Source: Eledone cirrhosa
Lineage: Eukaryota
DNA: 64,000 nucleotides
NCBI GenBank assembly: GCA_964016885.1
Contig: OZ024747.1
Coordinates: 42,036,001 to 42,100,000, forward strand
Direction: 5' to 3'
This document shows, in pieces, positions 55,813 through 64,000 of this stretch. The number at the start of each line of letters is the position of its first letter. Position 1 is the stretch's first letter. A model generated the notes under the pieces. That model was not told the origin of the DNA. It searched no databases and saw nothing but the letters and a program-made list of their open reading frames with translations. The position numbers were made by a program, and so were the translations under genes.

Positions 55813-56773
55813 CATATATACATACATACATACATACATATACATACATACATATACATACATACATATATATACATACATACATACATACATATATATA
55901 CATACATATAAATATATACATACATATAAATATATACATACATATAAATATATACATACATATAAATATATACATACATATAAATATATACATACATATA
56001 AATATATACATACATATAAATATATATATACATACATATATATAAATATATATACATACATATAAATATATATACATACATATAAATATATATACATACA
56101 TATAAATATATATACATACATATAAATATATATATATATACATACATATAAATATATATATATATACATACATATAAATATATATATATATACATACATA
56201 TAAATATATATACATACATATAAATATATATACATACATATAAATATATATACATACATATAAATATATATATATATACATACATATAAATATATATATA
56301 TATACATACATATAAATATATATATATATACATACATATAAATATATATATATATATACATACATATAAATATATATATATATATACATACATATAAATA
56401 TATATATATATATATACATACATATAAATATATATATACATATAAATATATATATACATACATATAAATATATATATACATACATATAAATATATATATA
56501 TATATACATACATATAAATATATATATATATACATACATATAAATATATATATATATACATACATATAAATATATATATATATACATACATATAAATATA
56601 TATATATATACATACATATAAATATATATATATATATGCATACATATAAATATATATATATATATGCATACATATAAATATATATATATACATACATATA
56701 AATATATATATATATATACATACATATATATACGTATATATATATATATATACATATACATACATATATATAC

Positions 56774-56834
<61 letters not shown>

Positions 56835-56835
56835 C

Positions 56836-56868
<33 letters not shown>

Positions 56869-57063
56869 CATATACATACATATATATACATATATATACA
56901 TACATATACATACAGACATATATATACATATATATACATATATATATATACATATACATACATACATATACATACAGACATATATATACATATATATACA
57001 TATATATATATACATATACATACATATATATATATATATATCTATATATATATACATACATAT
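55583..57063. repeat. (TA)n/(TACA)n microsatellite with a CATATAAATATATA sub-repeat
   Basis: Direct inspection. Confidence 0.95.
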
Positions 57064-57663
57064 GGTGGCGGCCAACTCGTTTTCGAGTACGGCCACTACT
57101 TTATATCCATGTAGGAGAACCCCTACCGATGCGCTGAACGAGTGTGACTTTTTAGTCCAGCCAGCAACTTGAAAACTCTGGTACAAACACTACACTTGTG
57201 ACAATTATTGACACATAGTGCTGGGCCATGGTACCATGTGACGACAAGTGCAGAGAGATCTCCAGATATAAAGCAATGCCTGTGCTGTGAAGCTTTTATA
57301 GTGAGCAAAGGCACTGCAGAAAGCCAGTCCCACTCTCTTAACCAAGATGATATTTACCAAAAAGAAGAACAAGTCAACATCATTGGATACCATCAGGGTT
57401 GCAGGTGTTATATCAGAGTTTTCCTTCTCCTAGAATTCTGCCTTGACAAAGGCTAAGGGGTCATCTCTCCCGTGATTTTGAATGGCCATTGACTCTTATG
57501 AGCTCCTTTGCCCTTTGACAGGTTTTGTTTTTAGTCCTGCACGATGTCCAAAGTCACCCTCCTCACCAAGCAACGTTGGTGAGAGTTGCCAGTTTAGTCG
57601 ACAACAAACCCGACCATGAGACAGGTTGTACTAGGATACAAGTAGCACCAACTGGTGACCTGA
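57064..57663 (-). mobile_element. Short RTE-derived non-autonomous element, copy 2
   Basis: CTAGGAGAAGGAAAACTCTGA (57433-57413) and [22 protein letters not shown]. Confidence 0.7.
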
Positions 57664-57687
57664 CATACATACATACATACATACATA

Positions 57688-57897
57688 GCAAATGGCTTAG
57701 TGGTTAGAGCATTGGCCTTGCAATCGAAAGGTTGTGAGTTCAATTCTCAGACCGGGTGATGTGTTGTTTCCTTGAGCAAGACACTTTATTTCACAGGAAG
57801 GGCATCCAACTGTAGAATTCAAGCCAGAATCAGTTCCCGTCCCACCCTTGCAAGCAGGGAAAAAGCGGACATAAAATGAAATGATGAAATGAAATGA
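57688..57897 (+). mobile_element. SINE family A with internal deletion
   Basis: Head and core joined at TTTCACA|GGAAGGGCATCC to the distal tail. Confidence 0.85.
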
Positions 57898-58045
57898 TAT
57901 ATATATATATACATACATAAATACATACATATATACATACATAAATAAATACATATATATATACATACATATATATATACATACATATACATATATATAA
58001 ATACATATACATATATATATATAAATACATACATAAATAAATACA

Positions 58046-58093
<48 letters not shown>

Positions 58094-58148
58094 CATACAT
58101 ACATATACATACATACATATATATACATACACATACATACATATACAT

Positions 58149-58195
<47 letters not shown>

Positions 58196-58208
58196 CATAT
58201 ATATACAT

Positions 58209-58263
<55 letters not shown>

Positions 58264-58266
58264 CAT

Positions 58267-58326
<60 letters not shown>

Positions 58327-58342
58327 ATATATATACACATAC

Positions 58343-58382
<40 letters not shown>

Positions 58383-58392
58383 ATATATATAC

Positions 58393-58435
<43 letters not shown>

Positions 58436-58476
58436 CACATACATATATGTACATACATATATATATATATATATAC

Positions 58477-58508
<32 letters not shown>

Positions 58509-58516
58509 ATATATAC

Positions 58517-58567
<51 letters not shown>

Positions 58568-58648
58568 CATATATATACATACATATATACACATACATAT
58601 ATATACATACATACATACACATACATATATATACATACATACATATAT

Positions 58649-58727
<79 letters not shown>

Positions 58728-58734
58728 CACATAC

Positions 58735-58801
<67 letters not shown>

Positions 58802-58817
58802 CATACATACATATATA

Positions 58818-59927
58818 GGGAAATGGCCTTGCTCAGTATGTAGGAAAGGTGTAGGTAGGAACTCCATTCTTTGCCCCAAATGCAAACAATGGGTACACAA
58901 GAGATGTAGCGGGATCTCAGGAAGCTTAATTAAGAATGTAGGATTCACATGCAGCAGCTGTGCTGAAACAGCAAGCAAACAGCCACAGGAAACAAGTACC
59001 ACCAATCTCTGGGAGGGCCCTGTAGAAACAGTAGACAGCTTCTGCTACCTAGGTGACCGAATTAGCAACGGAGGTGGGTGCTCAGAAAGTACAATAACTA
59101 GGGTAAGAACGGGATGGAAGAAGTTTAGGGAACTACTACCACTGCTAGCTGCAAAAGGCTTCTCCCTCAGAATGAAAGGCAGACTGTATGATGCGTGTAT
59201 CCGAACAGCGATGTTGCATGGTAGTGAGACCTGGGCGCTGAAGGTGGAAGACTTACGTAGATTAGAGAGAAACGAAGCCTGCATGCTCCGATGGATGTGT
59301 AACAGTAATATACGTGAACGACAAAGCATAAATGAATTGAGAGAGAGACTGAGCATAAGAGGAATCAAATGCTGCGTGCAGGAGAGGCGGTTACGCTGGT
59401 ATGGACATGTGATGCGTATGAAGGATGACAGCTGCATAAAAAGGTGCAGAGCACTAGAAGTTGATGGAAACCGTGGAGTGGGGAGACCCAAGATGACTTG
59501 GGATGAGGTGATAAAAGCCGACCTTACCCAACTACACCTCTCAAAGTCAATGACACACGACCGTGACTTCTGGCGTCACGCAGTAATACAGGGTACCCGA
59601 CCTCCCATGGGTACATGCTGAAGCATATAAACAATATGCCCCCCCCCCCCCCCACCGCAAGGTGGTCGTGGAGGTGCCACGGCAAAAAAGCACCCAGCCC
59701 ACACTGTAAAGTGGACGTGTAGGCGCCACGAAAAAGCACCCAGCACTCACTGTAAATGAGGTTGGTGTTAGGAAGGGCATCCAGCTGTAGAAATCAAGCC
59801 AGATCAGTTCCTGTATGAGCAAGGCATGGTCAGCCGACCAGACACTGCCCACAACAGGACAACCCGTCTAACCCATGCTAGCGTGGAAGAACGGACGTAA
59901 AACGGTGATGATGATGATGATGATGAT
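58818..59927 (+). mobile_element. RTE family 1, 5'-truncated; open frame 58818-59621
   Basis: GKWPCSVC...VDSFCYLG...MLHGSETW...RRLRWYGHV, 3' UTR, (GAT)n tail. Confidence 0.93.
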
Positions 59928-59957
59928 ATATATATACATACATATATATACATATAT

Positions 59958-60019
<62 letters not shown>

Positions 60020-60338
60020 ACACATACATACATATACATACATATATATATATATACATACATACATACATATATATATATATATACATACATACATACA
60101 CATACATATATACATATATATATATACATACATACATACATACACATATATACATACATACATATATATATATACATACATATATATATATATATACATA
60201 TATATACATACATATATATATATATATATATACATACATACATACACATACATATATATACATACATACATATATATATATACATACATACATACATACA
60301 CATATATACATACATACATATATATATATACATACATA

Positions 60339-60410
<72 letters not shown>

Positions 60411-60411
60411 C

Positions 60412-60452
<41 letters not shown>

Positions 60453-60685
60453 CATATACATACATATATATACATACATATAGATACATATATATACATA
60501 CATACATATACATACATATATATACATACATACATATACATACATATATATACATACATATAGATACATATATATACATACATACATATACATACATATA
60601 TATACATACATATAGATACATATATATACATACATATACATACATATATATACATACATACATATACATACATACATATATATAC

Positions 60686-60719
<34 letters not shown>

Positions 60720-60929
60720 ACATATATACAAATATACATACATATATATACATACATACATATATATATATATACATATACATATATACATATATACATA
60801 TATACATATATACAAATATACATATATACAAATATACATATATATATATACATATATATATATACATATATACAAATATACATATATACAAATATACATA
60901 TACATATATACATATATACATATATATAT

Positions 60930-60962
<33 letters not shown>

Positions 60963-61030
60963 TACATACATATATATATACATACATACATATATATATA
61001 CATACATACATATATATATACATACATACA
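59928..61030. repeat. (TA)n/(TACA)n microsatellite
   Basis: Direct inspection. Confidence 0.95.
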
Positions 61031-62990
61031 TAAAACAACAAAGAATCGCAGAAACATGACTGTCGTGTGGCTGGACTATCAAAAAGCATTTGATAGTGTA
61101 CCTCATGGGTGGATTATTAAGGCTTTACAGTTAGCTAAAGTCCCACAACCATTAGTAGCTGCTGTTGAACGCCTGACCAAGAACTGGTACACCAATTTGA
61201 TCCTTAGAGGTGAGAAGGAGCAGGTTAAGACTGATAGGATACATTACCAGAAGGGCATCTTTCAGGGTGATAGCTTGTCAGTACTACTCTTCGTTCTCTC
61301 ACTGAATCCACTATCTTACCTACTCAGGAAACAAGGTGGACAAAGAAGTGGGCCCAGAAGTATCTCCCATCTTTTCTTTGTTGATGACCTGAAGTTGTAT
61401 GGGCCAAATATCAATGACATCAAGAAACAATTGGACCTCATTACACAATTTTCAACCGACATCAAAATGAAATTTGGTGAGTCCAAGTGTGCATATTTGG
61501 CAGTAAAACGTGGAAGAGCTGTGCCCTCCTCTAGAAATCTAGATATGAACGGCCTGACAATACAACCTCTGCAGTCAGGTGACAACTACAGATATCTTGG
61601 ACAGGATGAGAATGTCAGATATGATGGACCCATAAATAAGGAGAGAACCAGAACTGAATACCTCAGAAGAGTAAAAAAAATATGGTCATCAGAACTGTCA
61701 GCATACAACAAATACATTGCCCACAATACCTATGCTGTGCCAATTATAACGCCAACATTTGGCCTACTGAACTGGTCATTGCAAGAACTAAGTGAGATGG
61801 ATGTTAGAACTCGTAAACTTCTCAGTGTTACTGGGAACTTTAACATCAATGGTGATGTGGATAGGCTATACTTCTCACGCAAGGAAGGTGGCCGGGGTCT
61901 AAAATCAATATTAACAACATATGAGACCCGGATAGTAACACTGAAGCAACACCTTCAACAGAGGAAAAAGGTTGGCGACCATCTTGCTCAGGTTTATGAG
62001 CATGAAAAAAGAAATATCATTAGAATAGCGACTGATCTGGAGGAGAGATATGGAATAAAGCCTGATATAAATCTCTCACCCAGAGAAATCGGAAGATCCT
62101 ATTCAATGTTCAAACAAGAAAAAAAAATTGACCAATTTACAGAGAAAGTTGTGCATGGATACTTGAGGCGTAAAACACAGACCATAGAGGGGATAAACCA
62201 CTCAAAAAGCCTGGCATGGAGTTCCGACAAGTTTATGACATCACACCTTGAGGGATATCTCTATGCAATACAGGAACAAGAACTCCCTACCAAATATCTG
62301 CTGCACAAAAGAGGAGGGCCAGCAGCTGACAATAAATGTAGGCTATGTAAAACAAAGATCGAGGATGTAAGCCACATTGTTGCCAGCTGCGAAAGAATGT
62401 CATCTCGCTACTACCTCCCCATGAGACACGATGGGATAGCTAGAACTATCTGGAACGCACTTCGGAAAACAAAATTAACAACAAACGAGGAAGAATATAT
62501 TGAGACAGATGGCACTAAGGAATACTGGTGGAACCTGAAAATAAAAACTGCCACCAAATTAAAGCACAACCGGCCTGATATTGTAGTTTGGGACCACACA
62601 TTGAAAACGTGTTCTGTTGTGGAGATCAGCTGCCCACTTGATGTAAACGTTGTCAGAAAAATACAGGAGAAGGAGGACATCTACGGACCATTGATGAGGA
62701 GCTTACAAATCCAGTATCCAAGATACACCTTTAGCTTCATACCCATCATTATTGGTGCTACGGGTTATATACCAACCCGCTTGGACCAAAGTATGACCGA
62801 ACTTGGATTTGCGGACAAAAAGCGCAGCTCCCTAATTCATAGTCTACAAATGGCTGCGATAGCTGGCACCTTCAAAATATGCAAAACATTCTTGCGATTC
62901 AAGGGATGACAATTTCTTTTCTTTTACAACCTTGCCACCAGGAAGGTGGCCGGTCAAAAAAATATACTCGAAATTAAGAGAAAGAGAAAA
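61031..62990 (+). mobile_element. R4/Dong-like RLE non-LTR retrotransposon, 5'-truncated, uninterrupted 617-aa ORF (61056-62909)
   Basis: RT motifs [31 protein letters not shown] and [13 protein letters not shown]; CCHC knuckle CRLC...H....C; RHD; restriction-like nuclease RPDIVV...VEIS. Confidence 0.92.
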
Positions 62991-63173
62991 CATACATATA
63001 TATATACATACATACATACATATATATACATACATACATATATATATACATACATACATACATACATATATATACATACATACATATATATATACATACA
63101 TACATATATACATACATACATATATATATATACATACATACATATATATATACATACATACATATATATATAC

Positions 63174-63220
<47 letters not shown>

Positions 63221-63290
63221 CATATACATATATATATACATATATATATATATACATATATATATACATATATATATATATACATATATA

Positions 63291-64000
63291 TGACAACTTG
63301 CTGAAGGCTACTGATGAAACCTGTGGCTGGAGCAGAGCTCCAACCAGACAGAGAGTGACCTGGTGGTGGAACAGCAGTGTAGATAAGGCTATTAGAGACA
63401 AAAGACTAGCATGGAAGGCTTGGAAAAAGGGTGGGAGTAGGGAAGAATATACAGCCACTAAGAGAGAAGCTAGACGTCAGGTGTACTTAGCACGCAGGGA
63501 GGCAGAGAGTAGGAGGTTTGCCAATGTTCTGCGACGGGAAGATCAGAGGCGTGCGGGTGTTCCACATTGCAAGGCAGTGTGTCAATGCAAATCAGGATGT
63601 TGTTGGTGATAAATGTGTCCGGGATGATGCCGGTGTACTTAGTGTGACGAATGACCAGAAAAAGGAGGCCTGGAAATGTCATTATGAGAGACTGATGAAT
63701 GTGGAGAACGAATGGGAGAGAGAGAAATTACCCTTGGTAGATCCGACAGAGGGACCAGCTATTGAGATTGACGAATATAGGGTCCAAGAGGCGATTAGGG
63801 AAATGAAAAATGGTAAGGCGGCCGGACCATCGGGAATAGTTGCTGAGATGCTGAAGGCATCAGGGGACGTAGGCACTAAACTGGTTGCACGCATAATCAA
63901 TCAGGCTATATATGGTGGTGTCGTACCCAAAGACTGGTGCAGCAGTATTCTCATAAATTGCTACAAAGGTAAAGGGGATGCTTTGGAGAGGAGCAATTAT
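63291..64000 (+). mobile_element. RTE LINE internal fragment running off the window
   Basis: TWWWN, AWKAWK, GKAAGPSGIVAEMLK, CYKGKGDALERSNY; a diverged relative of 20330-20950. Confidence 0.85.

Noticed and set aside
57480-57663. HDV-like ribozyme at the 5' end of the RTE derivative
   Set aside because: Hairpins are present, but I could not build the nested double pseudoknot or the conserved L3 by eye.

Overview
Eukaryotic, very AT-rich, repeat-dominated genomic DNA. The TA/TACA microsatellite load and the SINE/LINE families suggest an octopus/cephalopod (inference). The only host gene I can support is the 3' end of a YTHDC1 (YT521-B, nuclear m6A reader) orthologue on the minus strand. It has six GT-AG exons between 35270 and 27116 that splice in frame to ...RYGGVRRETFLNGSYSDYMREF...YERDVDDFLRRT...*; the YTH-domain exons were not found in the window. 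The rest is transposable elements and tandem repeats: several RTE-clade LINE families (one with a PHD-like finger inside the RT), a CR1-type RT fragment, R4/Dong-like restriction-endonuclease retrotransposons, two tRNA-headed SINE families, a non-autonomous Helitron, a deleted Tc1, TTAA- and hAT-type MITEs, and minisatellites of 22, 25, 37, ~44 and 49 bp. Nearly all long ORFs in the track (IYIY..., MYVC...) are microsatellite artefacts. The best leads are a candidate m6A-motif-bearing poison exon in a Ythdc1 intron, an R4-like element embedded in (CATA)n, an inverted young SINE pair around an in-frame two-exon cassette, and fold-back palindromes at (AT)n tracts. None of these is a demonstrated new system; all need RNA-seq or comparative checks.
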